64,000 nucleotides of DNA from Neoechinorhynchus agilis (GCA_051530055.1 CM121343.1:32389-96388); one strand, 5' to 3'; counted from the stretch's first letter, positions 36,351 through 50,100 are shown. A program made the numbers and translations. Notes: generated by a model from the sequence alone, not told the origin.

Positions 36351-38040
36351 GAGGAGAGACCCAACCTCACAAACTTTCAACGTTCCCTTACACGACGGGA
36401 TCCGTAATCCACTTCGAAAAAACCCGTATTCTTTGTTCAATAATTCGACATAACGTGAGGACGAATTTATAAGCTTTACCGAATATTTTGATTAAAAGTA
36501 ATATTGATTCCCTGTGATTGGATCCATACTGCCCAATCTTCTTGGATATCATAACTTGAAATGAACCTGAGGAGAGACCCAACCTCACACTCTCCTAGAA
36601 ACAATAACCACCAACGTTCCCTTACACGACGGGACCCGTAATCCACTTCGAAAAAACCCGTATTCTTTGTTCAATAATTCGACATAACGTGAGGACGAAT
36701 TTATAAGCTTTACCGAATATTTTGATTAAAAGTAATATTGATTCCCTGTGATTGGATCCATACTGCCCAATCTTCTTGGATATCATAACTTGAAATGAAC
36801 CTGAGGAGAGACCCAACCTCACACTCTCCTAGAAACAATAACCACCAACGTTCCCTTACTCGACGGGACCCGTAATCCACTTCGAAAAAACCCGTATTCT
36901 TTGTTCAATAATTCGACATAACGTGAGGACGAATTTATAAGCTTTACCGAATATTTTGATTAAAAGTAATATTGATTCCCTGTGATTGGATCCATACTGC
37001 CCAATCTTCTTGGATATCATAACTTGAAATGAACCTGAGGAGAGACCCAACCTCATAAACTCTCAACGTTCCCTTACACGACGGGACCCGTAATCCACTT
37101 CGAAAAAACCCGTATTCTTTGTTCAATAATTCGACATAACGTGAGGACGAATTTATAAGCTTTACCGAATATTTTGATTAAAAGTAATATTGATTCCCTG
37201 TGATTGGATCCATACTGCCCAATCTTCTTGGATATCATAACTTGAAATGAACCTGAGGAGAGACCCAACCTCACACTCTCCTAGAAACAATAACCACCAA
37301 CGTTCCCTTACACGACGGGACCCGTAATCCACTTCGAAAAAACCCGTATTCTTTGTTCAATAATTCGACATAACGTGAGGACGAATTTATAAGCTTTACC
37401 GAATATTTTGATTAAAAGTAATATTGATTCCCTGTGATTGGATCCATACTGCCCAATCTTCTTGGATATCATAACTTGAAATGAACCTGAGGAGAGACCC
37501 AACCTCATAAACTCTCAACGTTCCCTTACACGACGGGACCCGTAATCCACTTCGAAAAAACCCGTATTCTTTGTTCAATAATTCGACATAACGTGAGGAC
37601 GAATTTATAAGCTTTACCGAATATTTTGATTAAAAGTAATATTGATTCCCTGTGATTGGATCCATACTGCCCAATCTTCTTGGATATCATAACTTGAAAT
37701 GAACCTGAGGAGAGACCCAACCTCACACTCTCCTAGAAACAATAACCACCAACGTTCCCTAACACGACCGGACCCGTAATCCACTTCGAAAAAACCCGTA
37801 TTCTTTGTTCAATAATTCGACATAACGTGTGGACGAATTTATAAGCTTTACCGAATATTTTGATTAAAAGTAATATTGATTCCCTGTGATTGGATCCATA
37901 CTGCCCAATCTTCTTGGATATCATAACTTGAAATGAACCTGAGCAGAGACCCAACCTCACAAACTCTCAACGTTCCCTTACACGACCGGACCCGTAATCC
38001 ACTCCAAAACAAAAAACCGCATTCTTTGGACAAATCATAA
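36305..38040 (+). repeat. Tandem array of 234-bp and 218-bp units (about 7.5 units)
   Basis: Repeated ORF starts at 36588, 36822, 37056, 37274, 37508, 37726 and 37960 give spacings of 234, 234, 218, 234, 218 and 234. Confidence 0.95.
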
Positions 38041-38671
38041 CTCAATTGCTCACGATGACCCAGAGGTACACGGTTCCTCCACTTTGAGCAATAGAAATAT
38101 ATATGTGTATGTGGTTATCCGGTTACATTTTAAAGTATATTTATAGGTAAACGCCTCTACGGCACACAACTCATTGATTTGGGCTAGAGGATAATCATTT
38201 TAAATATATTTAAAAAGATTTCAGTTGTTTTGTGTGGCTCGGGTTCGCTATTGCTGAAGTTCGGGGACCGTAAAAAAATTATTCGACGACAAACCATGGT
38301 GGGTGATACAAGAGAGAATGTCAGACTGGAAGTTGTCCCACAGCTTGGCTCGCCCGGTCTAACTTATGTGCCCACCGGAATGGGAGTTTTACTAAGCTAT
38401 TCTAGAATGTGCAGCAAAATTTCTGGCGCAAATCGTACAGTCTGCTTTTGCAATAAAATAATCAGACCAGAAATAGACTTATTGTTTAGAAGTATTCACC
38501 CGGTAAATAATTTTGTTTGTTAAAGACGTTTCGAACCTCACGCGCTTTTGGTTGATTTTGTTATTGCGTTTTTTAGCCATGAAGGCAGAGTTTGTAACCT
38601 CGTTTGTTATTGAGGTCCGGTTTCTGTTCTTTGATTAGGAAGGCTTCCTTTATTAAACGTCGAAAGTTATT

Positions 38672-38863
38672 ATATTGTTGTATAGGTCGCTTTTCGGTAC
38701 CTGAGAGATCTCATTAAAGATGAATGTATATCTCATCTGATTGAATCAGTCATTTTATCGATTCAATTCGCTTTAACAAATTAATTGATAAAATGACTGA
38801 TTCAATTAGTTGAGATGTACATTCATCTTTAATAAGATCTCTGAGCGACCTAAACAATAATAT
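38672..38863. repeat. Foldback inverted repeat (60-bp core arms plus outer 19-bp arms); no hammerhead core seen
   Basis: AGAGATCTCATTAAAGATGAATGTATATCTCATCTGATTGAATCAGTCATTTTATCGATT pairs with 38783-38842, with about 5 mismatches. Confidence 0.85.
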
Positions 38864-38949
38864 CTCTAAGCACTCAAATGTAATCCTCAATAAAAAAGAA
38901 AGTTATTATGTTCACTTGCTAAAACCATTATTTGGTCGTAATTGATCAC

Positions 38950-39960
38950 TGGGCAGTTTGTACCTCGTGTAGTGCGATATTCGACGATTTCAAAAAATGA
39001 AGCACGAATTTCTACATCTATCTACAGAAAGCCAACTGAAACAAGTAATTATATACTGTGGAGCAGTGCCCATAATAAGAGCAAAATTTGGTATATTGAA
39101 AGGCTTTCTACATCGTGCCTACAACATCGGCAGTGAGGAGTGCCTCAGTGATGAAATCTAACAGCTGAAACGAATTTTCAGTAAGTTGGGTACCTCAAAG
39201 ATGTTCTTACTTCAGCGCGAGAGCAAGTGGACCGTGTGAGGAACACCCAGTCAAAAGAAACATCCATGGGTCCGAATCGAATGGACCTACGCATTTGAGT
39301 GCCGGAAATAGACTCACAAATCAACTCTTATCGTATCAAGGATAATGAGAATAGCGGTCTGCTGATAAAATGCCAATTTTATTTTCAACCTTCTGTACTG
39401 ATAGGAAACCTCATTTCCCGGAAATACCAAGAGGTGGAAAAGAGTTCTGTTGTCTACAAAGTTTCTTATGGCCAATGCAACGGCAAATTGGAGAAACAGG
39501 CCGGAATCTGACGACGAGATTGGCAGAACATAAACGGTCCAAGACCCAGAAGGTGGTAGCGTCGAATATTGAAATACACGAGGTGCATACTGGCCAGTGG
39601 TCAATTACGATTAAACATTGGTTTTAGCAAGGGAACGCAATAATTTTAGACTCTTAAATATGGAAGCCTTCTTGATCAAAAAACAGAAACCGGACATGAA
39701 TGATCAACGAGGCTACAAACTCTGCCTTCGTTGCTAACAAAATGAAACAACACTAACAGCGATAAGCGCATGTGCGAACGGAATAACCAGTGATTTATTT
39801 GATAGTTTTCACCTTCGCGTAGGCCTTCAAATAAATCAATCAATTATTATAATTCGCTTTAAAAAAAGTAAAAGCGAAATAACCATTTACCCTCCTCGTA
39901 TATTAGAACTGATGATGAACCCGATGAGGTTGGAAACGTCTTTAATAAAATATTATTAAA
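38950..39960 (+). mobile_element. Penelope-like element 3' portion (RT thumb, GIY-YIG endonuclease, pLTR), degenerate
   Basis: STSIYRKPTETSNYILWSSAH, SSVVYKVS, IGETGRNLTTRLAEHKRS and the downstream hammerhead-like motif. Confidence 0.85.
39909..39940 (+). ncRNA. Penelope pLTR minimal hammerhead-like motif
   Basis: CTGATGA t GAACC-cgatga-GGTTG GAAA CGTC: palindromic ACGU stem III and GUC triplet. A partial minus-strand copy at 38520-38539 has the paired GGTTC GAAACGTC. Confidence 0.6.
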
Positions 39961-40599
39961 CAATAAGTCTAATCATATATTCCGGTATCTCTTCACATAT
40001 CCACATTCAGACCAGAAATCGCCCAAGAATTCGATATGGATTTAGATTCTGTCAAACCAAGGCCGGGTGGATCACCCTGAAAGGTATTATCCCTAGCAGC
40101 TTTTAACAGCTTTTTCAATTTATACAGATCAACATAGACTGACAAAAGACCACAATATGTATGTAGCGCACTGGGCGGAATCCATATTTTGCATACTTTT
40201 AACACAATTATTTATTCACTTTTTGCTTAACTTAGGTTTCAACTTTATAAAAAAAATTGCGGAGAATGGTAAAATCGATCTTAATAATGCATTGATCTTT
40301 TTAAATAAGAAGTGGTTGAAGCACATATAGCTGGTGATAATTGGATGGTTTAAAGAGTAGTAATAACACTTTTTATTAGTAAAAGTGCAACGAATAGTGG
40401 ACCCTAGTACCTTTGGGTCCCCAAGGTGACTATTGTTTTTTGAGTGGTTTACTTGTCCGATCATGTGGAAATTGTAGACGGAGGGATGTCTATTCGGGTA
40501 GGAACTATTTAGTCGGCGACGGTTCGTTCGGGCGAGGGTGTCCGTTCGATTGAGAATATTCGGTTAGGTTGGAAGGTCCGTTCTGGTGGGAATTGAAGT

Positions 40600-41531
40600 T
40601 TATTGCTTGCAGGAGCGCTTATAAGGTTGGTTTTTCCTGAGGTTCATTTCAGGTTATGATATCCGAGAAAAGATTGGGCGACATGGAAAAAGGAGCGTAG
40701 ATATACGGAGGTGTTGATGTGAAAAGGGTGCGATATGTAAAAGAAATTGTGGTGGTAGGGTTGAGAGACGTTTTGATTGTTTAATGAAAATAGCATCAAG
40801 GCATTCGGTGAGAGGGGGAAAGTCAGTTGTGCAAATTTTAGATGCTCTTTTGTGAAGAATTTCAAAACGGCGGATTAGCGATTTGGATAGGTTGCAAAAT
40901 GCGGGATATTCGTAGGTGAGTGAAGGTAAGATAAAGCAGAAGTAAAATTTGTAGAGGTCGGGTGAAGGGATTCCTAAATGTCGGAGGCGTTTGAGGAGAT
41001 AAATTTTAAAAGTGTTGTGCTTGAGGGAGAGAGTGATGTGCCAGTCCAGAATTCTTAGGGATGTTACTCATGGGATGTCATTTAAAAGCTTAAAGGATGA
41101 AGTGGGGTCGCGGGAGAGAGGGATCATTTCGAAGCATTTAGAGAAATTGAGATGGAGTTTGTGATCGATGTAAAAGCCTTTTATGTGTGTGATTTCTTTA
41201 GAGGTTATGGAAAGAAAGAGGTGGGGTGGTGAACGGATGATGAGGGTGATATCGTCGGCATATAAGAAGAGTTAAAAGTGAGAAGAGAGAGGTTTGAGGT
41301 TGTTTAGAAAAGTATTAAAGAGAAGTGGTGACAGCACAGTACCTTGAGGTACGCCTTTGGAGAGGGATAGGCTGATAGAAGAGGTAGAACGGCAGTGAAT
41401 GTATTGTTGGCGATTGAGAAGATAAGATTCGAGCCAGCGGATCTGCCACAGGTTGCGACCAAAGTCGGAGCAGGCCCAGAGGAGTGAGTGGTCCACTAAG
41501 TCGAAAGATTTAGATAAATCAAGTTGAATGA
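40600..41531 (-). mobile_element. Second CR1/L2-like RT copy, near-identical to about 18660-19330
   Basis: Same DHSLLW...GVPQGTVLSPLLFNTFLNNL translation; nucleotide identity is visible over about 650 bp. Confidence 0.88.
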
Positions 41532-42269
41532 AATCAATAAATCAAATAAGTTAATCGTCGGAAATGGGTGCAGGAACGATGTCATAGCCGATGATAGATG
41601 GCGATCCCGCATACTTAAGCCATACAATACAAAATTACTAAAATCTTTTAAGATGACTGAAGAAGCTTTCTCTTTCGAAATAGCTGAATAGAATATGTTT
41701 TATCCGAGGGATTATGAAACTTAAAGTTTTTAATCGGATTATAGAATGGTTGATAGATATTGACAGCTGATAGTTAGGATTTCACTTCCTTTTTTATTTA
41801 TGTGCTCGATCGCTACGGCACGTTTCGGCTCTATGTAAATTATTTTGATTTTCGCACTTTCCAATAAAATAAAAGGTGACTTAGGTAGGTGTTAAAAAAG
41901 GTTATGGATTGGTCGATAGACATTGGCAACTTGTTTTGACCAATTACGTCTTACTTTTGCGGTTAGGTAAATTTCATATATTGGGTATAAGTGAATCGTG
42001 TAAAAAAATTTCAAACTTAAAGTTTATTGCTGAAATCACTGACAAGAGGCTTTATCACGAAAAACCTTTATTTTGACAACCTTGCTGGTACTTTCAACAG
42101 AGCGTAAGTATTTTTAATGAACATGTCGGTTTTGTGCCATTAAGCACTATGTTTTTCGATTCTTTGGTGTGAAGATTCCGGTGGCGAGCAAGTACCCGTC
42201 AATGGTTGCAAACAATCAGTTTGGGATTCATTCCTAGTGACGAGAATTTATAACTTTTTAATTTCAGAT

Positions 42270-42930
42270 TCCCGTGGCCTGGTGAACCGAACTTGATTGG
42301 CTTGAGTCTCGACTAAAGAATTGGGTGGTTGTCTCAATGTTCTCCTAACCGCTTCTGTGGGTAGTTTCCCGAGACTTGGAGTACCGAGGTGCACATCCCA
42401 TCGCTGCCGTTGCGGAGCGGCCGTGGAACCGCCGGGACGCCATGGTCTCGTTTGTCGCCAATCAGGCGGAAGGTACTCACGGCACGCCAAAGTGAACGCA
42501 ATGCTCTTAGTCGTGTCCTGAATACTGTGAATGCGTCCAACATCCAAGCGTCGAGCAATCTTTGCCGACTCGATGGCAGCCGTATACCGTGCGGTATCGC
42601 GGTATTCCCATGGCGAGAAGGAAAATGCCTTCTCTGGGGCGCCATTCGCAGCCTGCAACATAAAATTCGCCGTCATTAAACCGTAGCAACCGCCGCTGAG
42701 GAACGCAAAAGAGATAAAATACAGGGGCCTGAGTCGAAATCCTCATTTTGTTCCCTTTGGCGTCGAGTCAAGTAATTGTCTAAGAGACTGAGACGAATCA
42801 CTGATGATCAGAGGGCAGGGACATTCCTCCTACAAAACATTAGTCTGCCCCTGCAACAGGGATGGAACGCTGCATCCGTCCTTTTGACCACTTCACCAGG
42901 ACGGCAGCTGAGTGATCCCGAGAGGTGGCG
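42270..42930 (+). mobile_element. CRE-like RLE 3' fragment; the closest in-window relative of the 112-bp satellite
   Basis: CRCGAAVEPPGRHGLVC, RHAKVN, FVPFGVES. 42801-42908 aligns with the satellite monomer at roughly 80 percent by eye. Confidence 0.85.
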
Positions 42931-44552
42931 TGTTGCCTCATTGATCGTTTAAAATAAAATTAATTTCTGGCAAAACGCGCTAATACAGGAAAATTTATAT
43001 AATTGCCTTGAACAAGTTTTTGGTTTGAAATTATCCGTTGGCGATTGATTATCTAAATCAACGAAAGTGATTAAATTGATGCAGGGAAAAGTATGTGTTA
43101 TTTTTAAAATGAAATCCTGGATGCGCAATTAAGAAAATGAACGTACCAATTTTAGTGCATTTTAGACCATTAACTGCAAAATGACAAGATCAAGGAGGAT
43201 TGGGAGAGGATCTGCTATGAAAATACTAAAAGACAAATAACTATGAAGTGCATACATCGTAAAGGACGTGTAAAAGCATGAGCGATTCTCTAAGGCACGA
43301 AATCAATTATTGGAAGTAAGAGTAAACATTTCTTTATTAGCTTAGCCATTATATTCTTAATTTTTTTAAACCGGAATTGATTTATTAAAGATACACAACT
43401 AATTAAGAGGTTGTATAAAGCCGTCTAACGGATGAATTAAATAAGCGATGGATTCAGAAGATCGCGTGAATCGAGCACATATTTTGCAAGCTTTTTCATT
43501 GATGAAATGTGTAAATCTACGCCGATTTTTACATCGGTATGGAGCTTCATTAAAAAAGTCAATCACGAAATTATTGATTGACCAAAAAAGTGCATTTAAG
43601 ATTTCTTTAGTCGACCATGAACTTGGTAAAAAAATCATTTTTAGCGTTTTTATTGTCTTCGAAAAAGGTGTTAATGATTGCTTTAAAGATGTACTTGAGA
43701 CTTCTCAATCCGACCAACTATAAAATGAATTATTATTTAGGTGGCAGCAAAATATGCCAATAATTATTGATGCCACATAAAAGGGTTCGTTTTAAAGAAA
43801 TATTCGAATTGTTTGTTGGTGTATTTTTTTAGGAAATTGCCGGATTTCTTTGTACAAAAAAGCGAAATCGTGTTATGGTAGACGACGCAGCTGATTCTAC
43901 AGGTTTTCCGCTATTCAAGTCGGTCATGGCGCTGCATCATGAACATTAAAGTTTTAAAGAGTCATGTATGTTTCCACGTCCGCGATTTGTTTCAAAGTGG
44001 ACGGAGTCAAGGTTCCTCCACATTGTCTTGGATAAGATATGGATTATAAAGATATTTTATAGCATTAAAGAGATAAGGATTACGATATAAGTGAAGATTA
44101 GGACAGTTGGTGTATGTTTATTGATCGTGAGGATGGTATGGATTTCTTTGTTATTGGTATTTTCATTACCAAAAGCCTATTTTCGCTGGTTCGCCATCGT
44201 TTTAGTGCACATCGCCTAGTAAGGCGAATGGGGGGGGTTCTTTTTGGTGTTGCCTGTAGGGTTCCATCACACCGCCGTATTAGGGGTAACAGCGACATAG
44301 CTTCTACTCTTCCTCCCATCCCCGTAGACATAATGTCTCCGCAATCGAGCAAAGCCTTCACGTGCACGAATACAAGACCGGAAATACCGAGAAAAAGACG
44401 CGTACGTTGACAAGATCCTCCTCTCCCCTTAGAAAAATTGAGCGCTATAATTTCCCTTATTTTGCGCACAATACTGAATCCCATAAACACGGGCCTTTCT
44501 CTTTTGATCTCACGTAGTCAACAGCTCCTGATCTCTTATTTTAGTCGCGAGT

Positions 44553-46726
44553 ATGAATGTCGCCGGCGGAGCAGTATCGGCTCAACAAGTAATTCGAACA
44601 AGTCATCGACAAACAACCATGAGAGGGGATCCCGCTTTTGACGCTGCTGCAATGTCCATCCAGCAGCAACAACCTTCAACAAAAGGAGTTCAATCATTGT
44701 CAAGAGCATTTGAACATGCTGCTGCATCTTCTTCGAGCTATATGAGTCAGTCGCGAAACTTACAACAATCAATCACTGGTAGTAGTTATAAAATCATCGG
44801 TAAAAGTTTTTCTGGAACTCTAATTTTTAGGTAAAGTCGGTAACATGAGGACCGTAGAAATACAAAGACAGCCAGAAATTCAGTTTAAGGATCACTTCTC
44901 TCCTAATACGACAACCTACACAACTCCAGCGATGAGTAGTCACCAAACCAAAGCGGGATCTTCTGGAAGCGCTCATTATTTCCAACAGCAGCAGCAGCAG
45001 CAGTGTGGTACGGTCATTAGTGAACGGTCAAGCTCTGGAAACTATTACAACACTGGTAAACCTGATCCATCGTCATTTGATCCATACTATACACACCCGA
45101 ATCAAAACAAAGCTGGACCTGTATCTCGTTCCGATTCAATGCATTTTCACGTTCCTGGCTCAAGCGCCTTTGACATGAGTGCGATGCAACACGGTATCTT
45201 GATAATCGCTAATCTTTGCGCCGAGACATCGTGTAATAGTGCAGTCACCTGGAGGGCAATACGAGCAATGCCAAATAATCGATTTGGACGATAGCAACTA
45301 CTCTGTTAGGTTTGTTCCTAAACAAATGGGCTTACATTCTGTATCCGTAAAACACAAAGGAATCGATATCCCGGGAAGTCCCTTCGAGTTCATGGTCGGT
45401 CCCGTTCCTGGAGGTGGTGCCGCCAAAATCCAAGCTTATGGTGCTGGATTATACTCAGCACTTGTTAACGAAATCTCGCGATTTGAAATCTTGACGAAAG
45501 ATGCCGGAGCTGGTAGTCTGTCTGTAGCCATCGAAGGCCCCACTAAAGCTGATATCGACTTCCAAGACAAAAAAGATGGCACATGCTCTATTTCATATGT
45601 ATGCGCCGACCCGGGCCAATACAAGGTATCAATTAAATTCGATGACGAACATGTTCCCGGATCTCCTTTCATGGCAACCGTCCTTGATTCCGGCACATCA
45701 GCAGGCGCCACCAACGTTTTCCCGCAAATGCGACTTACTCATGGTCTTGACCAGGGACAGTTGAATCGTCCAATGACGTTCACTTTAGATATGGCATCCG
45801 GACGAAGCAAGAGCCATTTATTGGATGCATACGTCGTTTCTCCGTCAGGAGCTCGGGAATCGTGCACCTTAAGTCATTGTTCCATGGATGGAACAGCTAA
45901 CAGCTATTCGATCAAATTTACACCGAGCCAAAGTGGTCTACATTGGGTTCATGTCTTATACGCCGGCCGCGAGCTACCTGATAGTCCCTTTCAAGTACAT
46001 GTAAAGGGAAATGTCTGTGATCCACGAAAAGTATTTGCATCCGGTCAGGGATTATACGGAGGACAAGTGAACGATCTATCTGAGTTTTTTATCGATACAT
46101 CGCAAGCGGGGGCTGGTGCGCTTGCCGTCACCGTTGATGGTCCATCTAAGGTCCACATTGAATGCGACGAAGTCGACAATGGATATCGCGCTTCATTCGT
46201 CCCAACCCTTCCAGGACAGTACTTGATCAGTGTGAAATTCGCGGACGTTCATGTTTCTGGGAGTCCATTCAATTGCAGAATATCTGGAGGTCCAGGAGGC
46301 TATATGCAACATTCAAGACCTCTTTATTCGAGTGTATCAAGCTATCAATCTGGTCATGGCGACGTCGATCAATCAAATACGATGATTCGACTTGATTTGT
46401 CTACAACAAACCCGACTATAAAATCATCCAACGATGATCTCACATCAGAAGGTGTTGTAGCTTATGGATCCGGTATAAGTCAAGCATTTATAGGTGAAGA
46501 TACTCATTTTACCATCGATACCCGTAATGCAAAAGTAAACCCAAGCATGTTGAGTGTCTCTATTCAAGGACCGAGAAAACCCAATCGTGATATTCAGGTT
46601 AAACGTCTTGGAGATAACCTTTACGATATATCCTACACTTGTGCTTATCAAGGAACTTATCAAATCAGCGTGAAGTGGGCAGATCGACACATTGATGGTA
46701 GTCCATTTGAAGTCAATGTATGTTAG
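44553..46726 (+). CDS. Short filamin: low-complexity N-terminus plus five C-terminal Ig repeats (like vertebrate Ig20-24); probable introns near 44800-44830 and 45194-45239
   Basis: Repeated filamin motifs GAGSLSVAIEGP, HVPGSPF, GAGALAVTVDGPS and HIDGSPFEV, with a hinge before the last repeat. No calponin-homology domain is visible upstream. Confidence 0.85.
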
Positions 46727-47109
46727 GTGTCGCATGTTGAAATTCAGAAAAGCTAGGACATGATGGCCAATGACTGATTATTGATGCCAGTGCAAAACTT
46801 GATCATTGGTAGTAAATAAGAGCACGCGCACAAAAAAAATAATTGTAGCACATAAATGACAACTTTTATTGAACGCTCTCAACTGTTGTGGCTCAACAAA
46901 TCTTAGCGGCTTTTCAGGCGAAAATATCTCACTTCTTTTACTTTAGAAACGTTCTCTAAAAAAAATACACATCTTGGCACTATTTTGATCAGCCATTAAT
47001 CAGTGCATTCAAAAATTTCGACAGCTTTTGAACCAAAATGTCAGAGCCGAAAATTGATGGGGTTTCCTTTATCGACATAGCTTTTGTACTCAATGATTAG
47101 TAATGGCTT

Positions 47110-50100
47110 TTGTTCAAAAATAAAATTGGACGCCTTCTCAAAACAGCTCAACAAATAATAAAACCATTTAAAATTTTAAAATCCTCTGTCTTCATGTGGA
47201 ACAATTCAGTCGAAAACATCTCGAAGAAATGGTAGTATCTCAACAAATAATAAAAGCATTTAAAATTTTAAAATCCTCTGTCTTCATGTGGAACAGCTCA
47301 GCCGAAAACATCTCGAAGAAATAAGTCAAAAATGCGATTTTGCTCAAAAACAAAAATGGACACCTTCTCAAAACAGCTCAACAAATAATAAAAGCGTTTA
47401 AAATTTTAAAATCATCTGTCTTCATGTGGAACAATTCAGCCGAAAACTTCTCAAAGAAATAAGTCAAAAATGCGATTTTGCTCAAAAACAAAAATGGACA
47501 CCTTCTCAAAACAGCTCAACAAATAATAAAAGCGTTTAAAATTTTAAAATCCTCTGTCTTCATGTGGAACATTAGCCGAAAACTCTCAGAAATAAGTCAA
47601 AAATGCGATTTTGCTCAAAAACAAAATGGACCCTTCTCAAAACAGCTCAACAAATAATAAAAGCTTTAAAATTTTAAAATCCTCTGTCTTCATGTGGAAC
47701 AATTCAGCCGAAAACTTCTCAAAGAAATAAGTCAAAAATGCGATTTTGCTCAAAAACAAAAATGGACACCTTCTCAAAACAGCTCAACAAATAATAAAAG
47801 CGTTTAAAATTTTAAAATCCTCTGCCTTCATGTGGAACCGTTAAGCCGAAAACTTCTCGGAGAAATAAAAGTCAACAATGCGATTTTGCTCAAAAACAAA
47901 AATGGACGCCTTCTCAAAACAGCTCAACAAATAATAAAACCATTTAAAATTTTAAAATCCTTTGTCTTCATGTGGAACAATTCAGCCGAAAACTTCTCGA
48001 AGAAATGGTAGTATTTCAACAAATAATAAAACCATTTAAAATTTTAAAATCCTTTGTCTTCATGTGGAACAATTCAGCCGAAAACTTCTCGAAGAAATGG
48101 TAGTATTTTAACAAATAATAAAACCATTTAAAATTTTAAAATCCTTTGTCTTCATGTGGAATAATTCAGCCGAAAACTTCTCGAAGAAATAAAAGTCAAA
48201 AATGCGATTTTGCTCAAAAACAAAAATGGACGCCTTCTCAAAACAGCTCAACAGATAAGAAAAGCATTTAAAATTTTAAAATCCTCTGTCTTCATGTGGA
48301 ACAATTCAGCCGAAAACTTCTCGAAGAAATAAAAGTCAAAAATGCGATTTTGCTCAAAAACAAGATTGGACGCCTTCTCAAAACAGCTCGACAAATAATA
48401 AACCATTTAAAATTTTAAAATCCTCTGTCTTCATGTGGAACAATTCAGCCGAAAACTTCTCAAAGAAATAAAAGTCAAAAATGCGATTTTGCTCAAAAAC
48501 AAAAATGGACACCTTCTTAAAACAGCTCAACAATAACAAAAGCATTTAAAATTTTAAAATCCTCTGTCTTCATGTGGAACAGTTCAGCCGAAAAATTCTC
48601 GAAGAAATGGTAGTAAACAATGCGATTTTGCTCAAAAACAAAAATGGACGCCTTCTCAAAACATCTCAACAAATAATAAAACCATTTAAAATTTTAAAAT
48701 CCTCTGTCTTCATGTGGAATAGTTCAGCCGAAAACATCTCGAAGAAATAAAAGTCAAAAATGCGATTTTGCTCAAAAACAAAAATGGACGCCTTCTCAAA
48801 ACAGCTCAACAAATAATTAAACCATTTAAAATTTTAAAATCCTCTGTCTTCATGTGGAATAGTTCAGCCGAAAACATCTCGAAGAAATAAAAGTCAAAAA
48901 TGCGATTTTGCTCAAAAACAAAATTGGACGCCTTCTCAAAACATCTCAACAAATAATAAAAGCATTTAAAATTTTAAAATCCTCTGTCTTCATGTGGAAC
49001 AGTTCAGCCGAAAAATTCTCGAAGAAATAAAAGTCAAAAATGCGATTTTGTTCAAAAACAAAAATGGACGCCTTCTCAAAACAGCTCAACAAATAATAAA
49101 AGCGTTTAAAATTTTAAAATCCTCTATCTTAATGTGGAACAATTCAGCCGAAAACTTCTCAAAGAAATGGTCTTCATGTGGAACATTCAGCCGAAAACTT
49201 CTAAGAAATAAAAGTCAAAAATGCGATTTTGCTCAAAAACAAAAATGGACGCCTTCTCAAAACAGCTCAACAAATAATAAAAGCATTTAAAATTTTAAAA
49301 TCCTCTGTCTTAATGTGGAACAGTTCAGCCGAAAACTTCTCGAAGAAATGGTAGTCAACAATGCGATTTTGCTCAAAAACAAAAATGGACGCCTTCTCAA
49401 AACAGCTCAACAAATAATAAAACCATTTAAAATTTTAAAATCCTCTATCTTAATGTGGAACAGTTCAGCCGAAAACATCTCGAAGAAATGGTAGTATCTC
49501 AACAAATAATAAAACCATTTAAAATTTTAAAATCCTTTGTCTTCATGTGGAACAATTCAGCCGAAAACTTCTCAAAGAAATAAAAGTCAAAAATGCGATT
49601 TTGCTCAAAAACAAAAATGGACGCCTTCTCAAAACAGCTCAACAATAATAAAAGCATTTAAAATTTTAAAATCCTCTGTCTTAATGTGGAACAGTTCAGC
49701 CGAAAAATTCTCGAAGAAATGGTAGTAAACAATGCGATTTTGCTCAAAAACAAAAATGGACGCCTTCTCAAAACAGCTCAACAAATAATAAAACCATTTA
49801 AAATTTTAAAATCCTCTGTCTTCATGTGGAACAGTTCAGTCGAAAACATCTCGAAGAAATGGTAGTATCTCAACAAATAATAAAAGCATTTAAAATTTTA
49901 AAATCCTCTGTCTTCATGTGGAACAGTTCAGCCGAAAACATCTCGAAGAAATAAAAGTCAAAAATGCGATTTTGCTCAAAAACAAAATTGGACGCCTTCT
50001 CAAAACATCTCAACAAATAATAAAACAATTTAAAATTTTAAAATCCTCTGTCTTCATGTGGAACAGTTCAGCCGAAAACATCTCGAAGAAATAAAAGTCA

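Noticed and set aside
41657-41685. CTGAAGAAG...CGAAATAGC as a hammerhead
   Set aside because: Stem II is limited to one pair and stem III is not palindromic; too degenerate to call.
43399-44490. Short ORFs upstream of filamin as extra filamin exons
   Set aside because: No CH-domain or Ig-repeat motifs in any listed frame.
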